DNA of 63,790 nt, counting the filler, from Stramenopiles sp. TOSAG23-6 (Eukaryota): assembly GCA_900128565.1 (NCBI GenBank). It is 56 parts of 56 records of this genome, joined end to end, with 100 filler letters (N's around TTAATTAATTAA, not from the genome) between each part and the next. Parts side by side here need not be neighbours in the genome. Positions count along the whole stretch, not along the records: positions 12,666 to 13,712 come from LT639864.1; positions 13,813 to 14,859 come from LT639865.1; positions 14,960 to 16,005 come from LT639866.1; positions 16,106 to 17,151 come from LT639867.1; positions 17,252 to 18,297 come from LT639868.1; positions 18,398 to 19,442 come from LT639869.1; positions 19,543 to 20,586 come from LT639870.1; positions 20,687 to 21,729 come from LT639871.1; 48 more parts are not named here. The stretch is one strand, 5' to 3'. The notes under the pieces are model-generated. The model was not told the DNA's origin. It made no database searches and saw nothing but the letters and a program-made list of their open reading frames with translations. Below, piece by piece: positions 12,790 through 25,357 of this stretch. The first letter of the stretch is position 1. The number at the start of each line of letters is the position of its first letter. The position numbers were made by a program, and so were the translations under genes.

Positions 12790-13712
12790 TAGAAAAAGTT
12801 GGAATATTTTTGATGCCATGTGTGTATTATTTGGCTGGTTAGGTGTTTTTTTAAATATCGGAGGTTTAAGTGTAGCTCGATCTTTACGTATATTTCGTGT
12901 TGTACGAATATTTCGTGTTGTCAAATATTTTAATGGTGTAAAACATTTATTGAAGACTTTTATTTATTCATTACCTTTACTAGTGAATATTGGTGCATTG
13001 TTTCTATTAATTATATTTATATTGGCAATTATAAGTATGAATTTATTTGGAAAAGTGAAACTTCAAGAAAATTTAAATCAACATGTTTGTTTTCATTTTT
13101 AAAATTTTTGAAAATTTTTGATTTTTTTTTTTTCGTACGAAATTTTGTACCTAAACAAAATTTTATTTTTTTTTTGAAAAAAAAATTTTACATAACAAAA
13201 AAAATATTTGAACAATATTTTCACACAATATATGCAAATTTTGAAACATTTTGGGTTTCTGTATTGACATTATTTCGTGCAGTTACTGGTGAAAGTTATA
13301 ATGCAATTATGCATGATACTTTAATAAAAACGCCGTACTGTGAAGAATCAAAATGGTGGGATCAAACACGAAATATGTATAGATATAGTAATTGTGGACC
13401 GGGTACCGTGAGTGCATTCTTTTTTACATTTTCATTTACAATTACAAATTATATATTTTTGAACATTTTGATTGCAATTATTCTTGATAATTATTTAGAA
13501 GCAAGAAAATTTTCTGAAAATGTGATATCAAATGAAATATTTGAAGATTTTAATACGAAATGGACAAGTTTTGTATGTTTTTTCTTTTTTTTTTTCATAA
13601 TTTTTTTTTTCGTACGAAATTTTGTACCTAACAAAAAATTTTTTTTTTTAAAATTTTACAATATATGATAAAAATGGTGATTTATTTATACCATTAAACA
13701 AATTAGCATCAC
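12790..13712 (+). CDS. Voltage-gated Ca/Na-type cation channel, domain IV, partial
   Basis: S4 RSLRIFRVVRIFRVVK, pore LTLFRAVTGESYNAIM, S6 LNILIAIILDNY; GT-AT introns 13085-13233 (NQH|ANFETF) and 13573-13666. Confidence 0.88.
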
Positions 13713-13864
13713 NNNNNNNNNNNNNNNNNNNNNNNNNNNNNNNNNNNNNNNNNNNNTTAATTAATTAANNNNNNNNNNNNNNNNNNNNNNNNNNNNNNNN
13801 NNNNNNNNNNNNTGTACCTAACAAATTTTTTAGAATTTTTTTGAAATATTTTTCCAAAATACAT

Positions 13865-14806
13865 GTAGGTACACATTTACATATAAGTCATGAAAATACT
13901 AGGTATAAAAAACCGTATGAATTTAGTCCAACGTATCCTTCTGAATTTTTAGTCCCAATGGGTTTAAATGAATCTGAAATGCATGAAATCGCTGCATTTA
14001 GAAGTAAAGCTAGAATGCCTGCAATGACATGGATGCATCCAGTTCATCGAAGATCACTTTGGCGTTGTTCTCAACCACGTGTTGGACCTAGTAATCGTCG
14101 TAGTGTTGCAGATGAAAAGTTATTGAAATTAATCAGTGAATTACATGTTTCAATTGAAAATGATGAAATGAATAAAAATGATAAAAATACTGATATCATT
14201 AAAAAAAAAGATAAATGGGAAAAACTTTTAGTTGCCGATTGTAGACCTAGAGCAAATGCTGTAGCAAATAAAGTAGGTGGTAAAGGATATGAAAGTAGCA
14301 CGAAATATCCATTTATGACTCTTGAATTCCTAAATATACAAAATATACATGTTGTACGAAGCGCATATGAAGATTTAGTAAATGTATGTGTACTAAAAAC
14401 AAATCCACATATCTTAGATTGGGGTGAACGTGTCAATAAAGGCGGTTGGTTAAGTCACGTTCGATCTGTTCTTGCAGGTGCAATACGTGTAGCAACTGCA
14501 TTACATGTATGTTTTATTTTTTTCAATTTCAAATTTATTTATTTTTTTCATATGAAATTTCGTACCTAACAAAAAAAAAAAAAAATATTCTTCACATTAC
14601 ATGTAGAAAAACGGTCTGTTTTGGTTCATTGTAGTGATGGTTGGGACAGAACAGCTCAAATATGTTCACTTGTTCAATTAATGTTAGATCCATATTTTAG
14701 AACAGTTCGTGGATTTTGTACACTTATAGAAAAAGATTGGTTGTCATTTGGTCATCAATTTGATGAACGTCACGGATTTGGTACAAGATCAACAGATGGA
14801 AACCAT
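13865..14806 (+). CDS. Myotubularin-family phosphoinositide phosphatase, partial
   Basis: [22 protein letters not shown], catalytic [21 protein letters not shown]. Confidence 0.95.
14507..14602 (+). other. GT-AT intron
   Basis: TTA CAT|GTATG...GTACCTAAC...ATTACAT|GTA GAA gives [20 protein letters not shown]; the intron has an in-frame stop and no AG. Confidence 0.92.
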
Positions 14807-15188
14807 GTATGTTTTATTTTTTTTCAAATTCCAACTTTTTTTTTTCGTACGAAATTTTGNNNNNNNNNNNNNNNNNNNNNNNNNNNNNNNNNNNNNNNNN
14901 NNNTTAATTAATTAANNNNNNNNNNNNNNNNNNNNNNNNNNNNNNNNNNNNNNNNNNNNGTACAATATTTACTATTAAAAAAACAAATAGACAAAAAAAA
15001 TTTGAAAATTCATTCGCATTTCGTGATTCTTTGATATGCGCATAATAAAAGCATTCAGATGATTTTTGCATTGAGATTTTGATTTATATATTCAATTTCT
15101 TGAATTACAAAGAAATGAACTTGAATACATACCCTAGAAAATATTATCTGAATCATTTTTAATTTTTTTTGATAAATACGATTACAAT

Positions 15189-16005
15189 TTACAATAATTC
15201 CGTCTTCTCTTCCTGTAATAATATCTCGGAACTAGTAGTTCTAGACACTTGTCTCATTCGAACTTTAAACCCTTCATCATTTTCAGGGATCATGGCAATA
15301 ATTTTTCCTCCTCGAGTCCATGATCTTAATCTGGCTTTATAGGAAGGATTGACCAACGCTGTGCCATGTGGACCTTGAGTACCAATCAAAGTATAACCTT
15401 CAGCTTCAACTCTTTTTGCCATATCAAAAAAGGACAATGTTGCTCGATGATTATTACTGTCACTTAGTTCGCTATCAGAACAGAATCTACTGCTGTCTAT
15501 CAGTTGAATTTTAACAGAGCCATCAATTACTAAGTCGTGTAAGATATGGGACATTGAAACATGTGTAGCCACTGTAGCAAAATATGATGTAATAATAGCA
15601 TTTGTCGGAACAAATTTAGCCAAACTTCTCACTCGGTGATTCCCTCCAAAAATTTTTAAAGAGCGTGGATCGAGTATTTCGCATAAAATATTTATCTTGT
15701 CATCTCTCAATGTAATGTCATCAAGACTAGCAATAGAATCAACTGAATCACTTGACGTTTTTTCACCATTTAACATCTTATCAAATTTTTTCCTTATTTC
15801 CATATTATAGATTGTGGAGGATGCAGAAGGAGAAGGAAACATATCTTTCCCAGTTTTTGCTGCCAACATATCACGCATTACCAGTAAACTCGAAATATTA
15901 TGACTATCTGCTTCTATTGCGGGAATTCCACATGGAGCTAAAATAAGAGTTGAATTCATCTTTTCTAAGGGCACCTTTTCATATGTACGAGGCAGTAATG
16001 TCGAT
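15189..16005 (-). CDS. CASTOR/POLLUX (DMI1)-like ion channel, C-terminal RCK region
   Basis: LILA...ADSHNISSLLVMRD, ILCEILDPRS, LSFFDM...LIG...LVNP...RSW resemble the POLLUX C terminus. Confidence 0.65.
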
Positions 16006-16666
16006 NNNNNNNNNNNNNNNNNNNNNNNNNNNNNNNNNNNNNNNNNNNNTTAATTAATTAANNNNNNNNNNNNNNNNNNNNNNNNNNNNNNNNNNNNNNN
16101 NNNNNCTTGTTCATGTTCTATCACCTTATATAAATTTAATAGTTAATTAAATATAAAGTCACAACACCAAATTGCAAGGACAGAATATTAAATTATATGC
16201 TACAGCAGTCTTAGTCTTGACAAAAGAAGAGTAACGACGCACCAAAGGCAGACTTTTTAAGAAATGAAAAAAGGGGGGGGATGGCGTAATGCTGGATGGC
16301 TAATGCCAAATTAGTATTTTTTTGTGTACTAATTGTTGGACTCTACTTATACATTATCAATAGTATTTATATATAAAATAAAGTATCAGGTTGAAGAGGG
16401 TACCAGATTATATGCCTTAGTATATTTTTTTAATTTTAAACGTATTGCACACAGTAGGCAGCCTTTGAAAGCAAATAGACCTTGTACCATTTCTTTCTGT
16501 ATGTAACTCGTACACGTCCGCATTCACTTCCCGATGTCAAAACCATGCACTGGACCGTTTCACAATCATTATTTTGTTTTCTATCTTATCCAGGACTATT
16601 ATCCTAGAACGTTTCTGTTACAAGCCAGGAGGATCATTGTACCTACAGTTTGAAAGTATTTGAACG

Positions 16667-17151
16667 ATGTCACGGTCCTTAGTGTGCGTAGTGCTCGCAG
16701 TGGTCTTCACCTTTTTTCACGCGAACGCATCTGTTCTGGACTTGCCGGTAGTAGAAGGCGTCGACACGGTCCTTCTTGACGCCGGTAAGAAGCCAGATAC
16801 CGACACACCGCTTGCCCCGGACGGAAAACCAGTGTTCGCAAACGGCAAGAAAGTAAGGCAGGACGCCGGCGAGTTAGACCCGCAGCCAAGCGTTAAAACA
16901 AACGTGCAGTCCCCAAGAGTTACCGTAGTGACTTTTGTTGGAAAGAAACACGTGCGTCGGCAACCCAATCAATTAGGGGGAAATTTTACCCCACCTATAG
17001 TGTACGACGATAGGATTATTATGCGTGAGGCTAGAACAATATTTAAGGATGTAATCAGCGAATACCCAGATAGAATTCATAACGTGGGCTTGTCTGATGA
17101 CGCCAGTTGCGTGGACAAAGATCCATACTTCCCAGGCTACCGCAACCCCGC
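16667..17151 (+). CDS. Secreted protein, N terminus
   Basis: Signal-peptide-like MSRSLVCVVLAVVFTFFHANA; GC richer than its neighbours. Confidence 0.6.
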
Positions 17152-17606
17152 NNNNNNNNNNNNNNNNNNNNNNNNNNNNNNNNNNNNNNNNNNNNTTAAT
17201 TAATTAANNNNNNNNNNNNNNNNNNNNNNNNNNNNNNNNNNNNNNNNNNNNCATCGAAACAAAAAAAACAGAATATATCTTCTTCGATACCATCGAAACC
17301 AAAAGCCGTAGTAGAAGATAAACCCACCGTAACCAAAGAAGAAACATGGAAAATGGTGAAATTGTTGGGAGTTTCAGAAAATGTATTCGAACAACAATGG
17401 ACGTCTATAGCTGGACAAAATGCGACAACTGTATTGAAATCAACTTTGGATAAAGCAATGGCTTCGTTAGAGAACAGCAATACAAGAAAACACAATCTGA
17501 AATTTGGAAAAAAGAATTAATTGATTATTCATTACAACTACAGCAGAAGGCTTTTGAATTAAAAGATGCCAATAAGATATCGGAGAGCTGTAAAATATAC
17601 AAAAGG

Positions 17607-18269
17607 TTGCGTGTGCTAAGGAAACAGTTAGGAAATCTAGATTCTTTGTCTAATTCTTCTTTGGATAAACAAATTGAAATACTTGCAAAACACTATAAAT
17701 TATCTAATACTAAAAATACAGTTACAATTGATACAACACCGGCGCCTCCTTCATATCAAGACGTTTTGAAGTTAAAGAAGTTGCAAGCAACCAAATCATC
17801 TGATTTGTCAAAGGAGGCATCTACTTCGAAATCGTCATCAAGAGTTGATACTGTAAATGAGAATGATTCAACTACTAACATTATGAATAGTATTAAGCAA
17901 AAGAAGATTCGATGGAATGAATTGCGAAACAAAGCTATGAAAGCCAAAGCGGATGGTCATATTACTGAAGCTCGGAAACTTGTTGTTGAAATTCGTTCTA
18001 TTCAAGTTGAGGTGAAAACACTTGAAAACAAAATTAAATCAAAGCAAAATAATCAACAAAGCGTAGCATTGAATAAAACGAAGAACACTAAAGATAAAAA
18101 AGGAACTGCACATGAAAACTCAACCGTTACTCATGTAAATCGACTTTCATCGTTTTATTTATATTATAATCCAGATCGTATTAAACAAGAACCTACACTT
18201 GTTGAAGATACTTTGAAGAGATGGGTAGGAGAAGAAACTATTCTTTTTCAGAAACTTTGTGAAAAATAC
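17607..18269 (+). CDS. Hypothetical coiled-coil protein, partial
   Basis: Long ORF ending at donor TAC|GTATG. Confidence 0.55.
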
Positions 18270-18568
18270 GTATGTTTTATTTTTTTTCAATTTTGAANNN
18301 NNNNNNNNNNNNNNNNNNNNNNNNNNNNNNNNNNNNNNNNNTTAATTAATTAANNNNNNNNNNNNNNNNNNNNNNNNNNNNNNNNNNNNNNNNNNNNTTA
18401 GGTACAAAATTTTTATAAAAAAATAAATTCAAAATTGAAAAAAAAATAAAACATACTTGAGGATTGCGAGTTAATTGTTGAGTGAGATTTGCCTCATTTT
18501 TAGGGTTAGGGTTAGATGTATTGGGGGCATAACACATTTAAGGTTTTAAGGTTTGTGTTTATTTTTAC

Positions 18569-18741
18569 ATTTACAACCCATCAAAGCCCCTCCGGCTTGA
18601 GGAGCCCGGCTGGAGGCCCCCGGCTGGAGGCCATTAATGCAAGTTGTGTTTTTAATTGAGGTTATTTTTGTGAAATTGCAGGTATGTGATTAATGGCCTC
18701 CAGCCGGGCTCCTGCCGGAGTGGCTTAGATGGGTTGTAATG
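18569..18741. repeat. GC-rich imperfect inverted repeat (MITE/hairpin-like)
   Basis: TTACAACCCATC...CCGGCTGGAGGCCATTAAT versus ATTAATGGCCTCCAGCCGG...GATGGGTTGTAA. Confidence 0.7.
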
Positions 18742-18796
18742 TCACGCTTCGCTATTTAGACCCTAATCATTGGTGTAATGTCACGCTTCGCTATTT

Positions 18797-19321
18797 ACAA
18801 ATTGTGGTTAAAAAATTGCGGTTAAAAATTGCGGTTAAAAAATTGCGGTTAAAAATTGCGGTTAAAAAATTGCGGTTAAAAAATTGCGGTTAGTTAAACA
18901 CAACTCAAGCTAGTGGCTTTTCCTCGCTAGATAAATAATAATATTACAAAACAATAATAATAATAATATTACAAAAACAATAATAATAATAATAATAATA
19001 TTACAAAACAATAATGGTTTGTACAAAATTGCGGTTAAAAATTGCGGTTAAAAATTGCGGTTACAAAATTGCGGTTAGTTAAACACAACTCAAGCTAGTG
19101 GCTTTTCCTCGCTAGATAAATAATAATATTACAAAACAATAATAATAATAATATTACAAAAACAATAATAATAATAATAATAATATTACAAAACAATAAT
19201 GGTTTGTACAAAATTGCGGTTAAAAATTGCGGTTAAAAATTGCGGTTACAAAATTGCGGTTAGTTAAACACAACTCAAGCTAGTGGCTTTTCCTCGCTAG
19301 ATAAATAATAATATTACAAAA
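18797..19321. repeat. 185-bp tandem repeat built from AAAAATTGCGGTT and AAT subrepeats
   Basis: TAGTTAAACACAACTCAAGCTAG recurs at 18891, 19076 and 19261. Confidence 0.85.
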
Positions 19322-20152
19322 GTACATAGTGAAGATACACAGTATCTTCACAGCCCCTGCGGCGAGCAGCCCGTCCGGAGGACATTAATCACATACCTGT
19401 AACTGTCCATTTTGATTTTGAAAAACAACATAAAAAAATACANNNNNNNNNNNNNNNNNNNNNNNNNNNNNNNNNNNNNNNNNNNNTTAATTAATTAANN
19501 NNNNNNNNNNNNNNNNNNNNNNNNNNNNNNNNNNNNNNNNNNAAGCATATTTCTAGTTAGGCATTTTGGAAATGGTCGAGCTTTGCTCTCTTCCAGAAAT
19601 GTGACGCATTCCTTGTAAATGCCTACTGGTAAGCTTTTGTATGTATGTGTCTCTCTTTTTCGACACCATACAATATAGAGTAGCACACTGATAATTGGTA
19701 CAACAGGAACTGGAAAAGAGAGTATGTGTAGTAGTATGCTTATACTCAATACCATTGCTCTAGTTGATGAGAAAAATAATGAACAAAACGAACAGAAGGG
19801 TATCGTTTGATAGGCTAGGTTTAATTGATATCAAGCCGCAATATATTTAATATTAGGCTAACGCAATTTAAATTTAAGATCTCATTCAATGATTCCTTGA
19901 TTGGCCAATGATTGGTCAAAATTCCGTAGTATTATTTTGTCCAAGGTTTCGTGTATATTCCATTCTCACTAGGACTCGCTATTTTTGCTCCTACTATTAT
20001 ATTACGTATAGTCCTCCTGACAGGAAATAGGAAAACAACAGCATTAGTGTACTGTGTGTGGTAGACACATTCAGACAAAGGATCTAGTGTTGTTATAATT
20101 AAATAAAGTGTATATTGTTGATATCACACAGTTCTACATAATATATTACGAA

Positions 20153-20586
20153 ATGCCATTGAAGCGAGAACCTTCTCAGTCAACACCAGTTGCTTTACCT
20201 CCTGATGCTGTGAAAAAAATAGCAAGACGAGTATCGCAACGTATTCCAAGAGTAGAGNNNNNNNNNNNNNNNNNNNNNNNNNNNNCATTTGCTGCTGGAG
20301 GTATATCTGGTACAATCGATGCTCTTATCACAATGCCACTAGATACTATAAAAGTTCAAATGCAATGCGATAGTAAACTACGAAATCCATTCCACGCTGC
20401 TGTACAAATTATCCGCAGAGACCCAAAGAGTTTCTATGCTGGGGTTCAACCATTCGTACTTCAATGCGCTGGTAAAGCAGCAATACGTTTCTTTGCCTTC
20501 GAAAAGTTCAAGTATATTCTCGGACCTACTTCACCAGGCACAGATCTTACAAAATACGTAGGTCATACTGGCTTAGCCATGATGAG
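20153..20586 (+). CDS. Mitochondrial carrier (SLC25) protein, partial
   Basis: AGGISG...ITMPLDTIKVQMQ, FYAG...GKAAIRFFAFE. Confidence 0.9.
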
Positions 20587-20699
20587 NNNNNNNNNNNNNN
20601 NNNNNNNNNNNNNNNNNNNNNNNNNNNNNNTTAATTAATTAANNNNNNNNNNNNNNNNNNNNNNNNNNNNNNNNNNNNNNNNNNNNACAGCAACCAATC

Positions 20700-21200
20700 A
20701 TGATGCGCCGTTCTCCAAAAAGAAGTCAAAAGTCGTATGAACGACCTGGCTTATCCAAAGAAGAAATCGAAGAAATCCGTGAAGCGTTCAACTTGTTTGA
20801 TACTGACGGCTCTGGTTCTATTGATCCACGTGAGTTAAAAAGTGCCATGCAGTCTCTGGGATTTGAAGCAAAGAATGCTACTATCTATCAAATGATTGGT
20901 GATATTGACAAAGATAACTCAGGTTCAATTGACTTTGAAGAGTTCTTAGACATGATGACAGCGAAAATGTCTGATAAAGATTCGAAAGCTGACATTGCAA
21001 AAGTGTTCAACCTCTTCGATGACGATAAGACAGGAAAAATTACCCTTAAGAACCTCAAACGTGTTGCTAAAGAACTTGGTGAAACAATGAGTGACGCTGA
21101 ATTGATGGAAATGATTGAACGCGCTGATACAGATGAAGACGGTGAGATTAACAATGAAGAGTTTTACGCTATCATGACCAAGAAAACTTTTGTCAGTTAA
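20700..21200 (+). CDS. CETN: Centrin (caltractin), complete and intronless
   Basis: [23 protein letters not shown]...[11 protein letters not shown]; four EF hands. Confidence 0.97.
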   Translation: MMRRSPKRSQKSYERPGLSKEEIEEIREAFNLFDTDGSGSIDPRELKSAMQSLGFEAKNATIYQMIGDIDKDNSGSIDFEEFLDMMTAKMSDKDSKADIAKVFNLFDDDKTGKITLKNLKRVAKELGETMSDAELMEMIERADTDEDGEINNEEFYAIMTKKTFVS

Positions 21201-22279
21201 GAAACAATCCTTTGATTATGAAAAGGATTTTTTAATTGTGTAGAATATTCATTTTTGGGGATCAATTTGATTTATAAAATGAAAATGCATAATATTATTT
21301 ATCAAAAGTATATTTTTTTTATTTCATTCTTTCAGTCATTTCTATGCATCATATAATATTATCAATTAAAGAATAATTTATGAATCAGCTAGTTTTACTG
21401 TTATCAAAGGATTTCTTAACATATCATGTTTAGATAAGTTTTGTTTGTTTGAACTAAGTTTATCATTACCGTAAGTACGAAAAAAATATTTTTTGTCGGA
21501 ACAAAAGAACGTTACAAAATTACTATGAAAAATCCGTATGAAAATTTCGATTTTTTCGCACCAAAAATATCTCAAATCATCGAGAATCTCAAATCGAGAT
21601 ATATGATATCAATTTACGATACTCCTCCTCCTTCCAAAAGAAGACAAACAAAATCCAAAAACTGAAATATCTGAACAGCAACCAATCATGATGCGCCGTT
21701 CTCCAAAAAGAAGTCAAAAGTCGTATGAANNNNNNNNNNNNNNNNNNNNNNNNNNNNNNNNNNNNNNNNNNNNTTAATTAATTAANNNNNNNNNNNNNNN
21801 NNNNNNNNNNNNNNNNNNNNNNNNNNNNNTACTATATTGGGAACCGTAGGTGGACTTTATACTGCTTTACTAGGTTTGTGCACTTGTTGTGTTGTAAAAT
21901 GTGTTACAGTGAAAGATGCAGAAAAGCAATCAGGCTTAGGGGAAAGTCGAAATGCAGTCGGGAGAATAACACAGGCTGCGCTTGGCAGCATTAATAGCAT
22001 ATCACCAGTGTAGTGTATTACAGAAGATTCATACTTGGTATAATATAATTGACTTCATATTTGTAAAATAAAAGTTTTTAAAAATAAAAATACCGGGTAA
22101 CACATTTAACACTAGTATAGTACCGGGTATCCACATCAAGTTCAAAAAAGGCGCCATCGACGACATCAATTCATCATTATATCTGCTCTACGTCCTCTAC
22201 TACGACTCCTTCTTCTATTAGAAATTAACAGAAAACGATTCAAAATTGTTTCATTATCGATATATAGATATACATATTA

Positions 22280-22872
22280 ATGGTACGATCAAGTAAATCT
22301 GCTGCAAAGGCAAAAGCAAAAGCAAAAAAGGAGTTGCTTGCTAAGCAGCTTTCTGAAGAAATAGCCTCGAAAGCGCTCGTTGCAGCTGTAAATGCAAAAG
22401 TGAACCTCTTGGATGGTCTTCAAGCTTTTGCGCAGTATAAATTAAAAGGAAATTTATCAAAAACTGTGAACTTAGTATATAAAGCATCTGCTTCATTGAC
22501 GCAAGATGAACATGACTATGTATTTGATCTTCTTGAACGCAATATGAAAGCAGGCACAGGTTGGGGTTGGAATCCTGCCGAGAAAAAACGTGAACTTCAA
22601 GACGAGGAAGCACGTTTCATTTTAGTACAATGTGAAGGCAAATATGTTGGTTTTGCACATATACGATTTATAATGGAAGGTACCGCAGAAGTATGTTATC
22701 TATATGAGCTTCAACTTGAACAAAGTATGCGTAGATCTGGTGTTGGCCAACACGTCTTACGAACGGTAGAACTCATGTCAAAACTCAACAAAATGAGCTG
22801 GGTGATGCTTACAGTGTTTAACTGTAATACACAATCCATGTCTTTCTTTATGAAAAACAAATATACCGTAGA
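22280..22872 (+). CDS. NAA40: N-alpha-acetyltransferase 40 (NatD), partial
   Basis: FDLLERNMK...GW...KKREL, YLYELQLE...RRSGVG, VMLTVF. Confidence 0.88.
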
Positions 22873-22993
22873 NNNNNNNNNNNNNNNNNNNNNNNNNNNN
22901 NNNNNNNNNNNNNNNNTTAATTAATTAANNNNNNNNNNNNNNNNNNNNNNNNNNNNNNNNNNNNNNNNNNNNTGGAAAAAAAAAAAAACATAC

Positions 22994-23710
22994 AATACTT
23001 CCATGAGAAGAATCAATTGAAAGTTCAATTGATCCAGAGTATATACAAAGATTGCCTGTACCACTAGTACCAGTTGGAAGACCTGGTAGATTAATAATGC
23101 GATCTTCATGGTCAGGACATGACTTTTTAGTGGACCATGGTTCAGGAAAATGATGATAATGTTCACATTCTGATATTTTTGAATTAGACAGTTCTAACTG
23201 TGCAAGAGTCACTTTTAGCTCTTCATTGATTGCATTTTTTTCCTCTCGTGCTTTATCTAATTGTACAATGAAATCTGCGATAGTTTGTTGTGTAGCTGTA
23301 GTATTCTTTGAGTTTAATTTATCCAAGTTTTCAGTCATTTCTTTCAAACGACTCTTCAAATTATCATTTTCACTTTGAAGCTTCAGCATAGCATCGTCAT
23401 TGACAGTCTTCGTGGGAGGTACATCTGTGCTTTTTAATAGCGAAGGACCAATAAGAAATAAAAGAATGATGCTTGTAATAGAAACGATACAAAAAGATAC
23501 ACATGATGACGACGTCTGGTCTTTTCTCTGATGGATGGAATGGTTTTCAAATACAGATGTCAAGTCAATGACTTTTTCTTCAGCGTATTCGTGGTCACTT
23601 TCCTTACTATTTTCAGAAGCAATATCTCGCTCTAAAGATCGGTTAGATAACTCAATTCCATCTGGATCAATATCATGGACATTTACAGGGCTATATACAT
23701 CTATATTCAT
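22994..23710 (-). CDS. Membrane-anchored coiled-coil protein leading into a serine carboxypeptidase (S10)-like domain, first exon
   Basis: TM segment, coiled coil, then DRIINLPGLP...YSGSIEL; ends at a GTATG donor. Confidence 0.65.
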
Positions 23711-24115
23711 TCTATAGAAATTGCAAAAGCTTTCCTAATTCTGGAACCAGTTAATTGCAAGGAGGCGATCTAGATCGAAATGAGAGAAAATTATTGGATT
23801 CTGTAACATTCTGTAATATGAAATAGGGCGAGTCAAAAAAAAATTGGTCAAAAACGAAAAAAACGGTCAAGTCAACTCAAACGCAAACTTTGAAGAAAAG
23901 TAATTTAGAAAGAGTTTAATCTAGCTTAGAGGCTTAGCTTTAGCAGCAGCACATACAAGTATTAATACGTAGTGTTTAGTGTACTATATCATTGAATTGC
24001 GATTCATTCAATGTTNNNNNNNNNNNNNNNNNNNNNNNNNNNNNNNNNNNNNNNNNNNNTTAATTAATTAANNNNNNNNNNNNNNNNNNNNNNNNNNNNN
24101 NNNNNNNNNNNNNNN

Positions 24116-25099
24116 ATTCTTTTTGAACCAATGGATTAGCCTTGGGAGGTGGAAGCGGAGGGAGCATACCATATCTACGCTTTTTATCATCGAGAAGTGA
24201 AGCATATAAAGCATCTAGTTTGGAACTTTGTCCTTGAGCATCATCAAAGGCATTACTCACTTCCCGTTCTTTATCATCCCACTCATAACCGAGTTTTTTG
24301 TTAGAAGGATCCTTGCGCATTGCTTTCGCTCTCTGTGTCGCAGTAATTCTTATTTGGATTGCAGCCTGTCGTCTTGCCCATGCGGCTGCATAAGACAAAT
24401 GCTGATATAATGAAACTATAGCATCTTTATGACTCCAATAAAATGGAAGCTCGCGGTAATTTGTTACTGTTTTCAATCTTTTTGCTTGCTTAAAATAGTT
24501 ATTTCCTACCTTTAAATTTCGGCTGTATTGGCTAATTACTTTCATTAAATCTTTAAGTGTGTTTTTAAATGACTCTATTGTACCTTTTACTAATTGTCCT
24601 GCTTTCTCAAACTGGGCTTCTATTGTTTTAATACATTGTCTAAAATCACGTTTTTTTCCCGCCCGCTTCATTAGACAATATAAATTATCAAATATTTCCT
24701 TACCGAAAATTTTAATACAAATGTAGATGAAATTATAGCTTGTTTTTTGTGTAGCATAATGTGTACATGTAATGCTAAAAAATATTTCAGAATACAAATG
24801 TTAAAAACATTTCTATGAAAAACAATATGTTGGGTACAAAATTTGGTATGAAAACAAAATCATCATGAAAAAGTATGTTAAAAACATTTCTATGAAAAAA
24901 AAACATGTTAGGTACAAAATTTGGTATAAAAACAAAATCATCATGAAAAAGTACATTCTCTCCGTTTTGCAAAACTAATTCCAGATTCTTTAGCGCAATT
25001 ATAGTTGGCACTATTACACCAATCTTTATCTTCTAATCTTGAGGCTCGGCATACACCATCAACACGACCATCTAATTTATCTTTATCACATTGGGAGTC
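24116..25099 (-). CDS. Hypothetical protein, spliced
   Basis: GT-AT intron 24767-24954 joins KRRE to CTHYATQK in frame. Confidence 0.6.
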
Positions 25100-25257
25100 A
25101 TTTATTTTGGAAAAATATTTGAAAAAAAAACGTTAGGTACAAAATTTCGTATGAAAANNNNNNNNNNNNNNNNNNNNNNNNNNNNNNNNNNNNNNNNNNN
25201 NTTAATTAATTAANNNNNNNNNNNNNNNNNNNNNNNNNNNNNNNNNNNNNNNNNNNN

Positions 25258-25312
<55 letters not shown>

Positions 25313-25321
25313 TAGCAAAAA

Positions 25322-25357
<36 letters not shown>

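Noticed and set aside
14505-14600. Reading the introns as U12-type AT-AC
   Set aside because: There is no ATATCCTTT donor or TTCCTTAAC branch. The two bases before GT vary while GT does not, and one case would end in CC. Only cDNA can formally exclude it.
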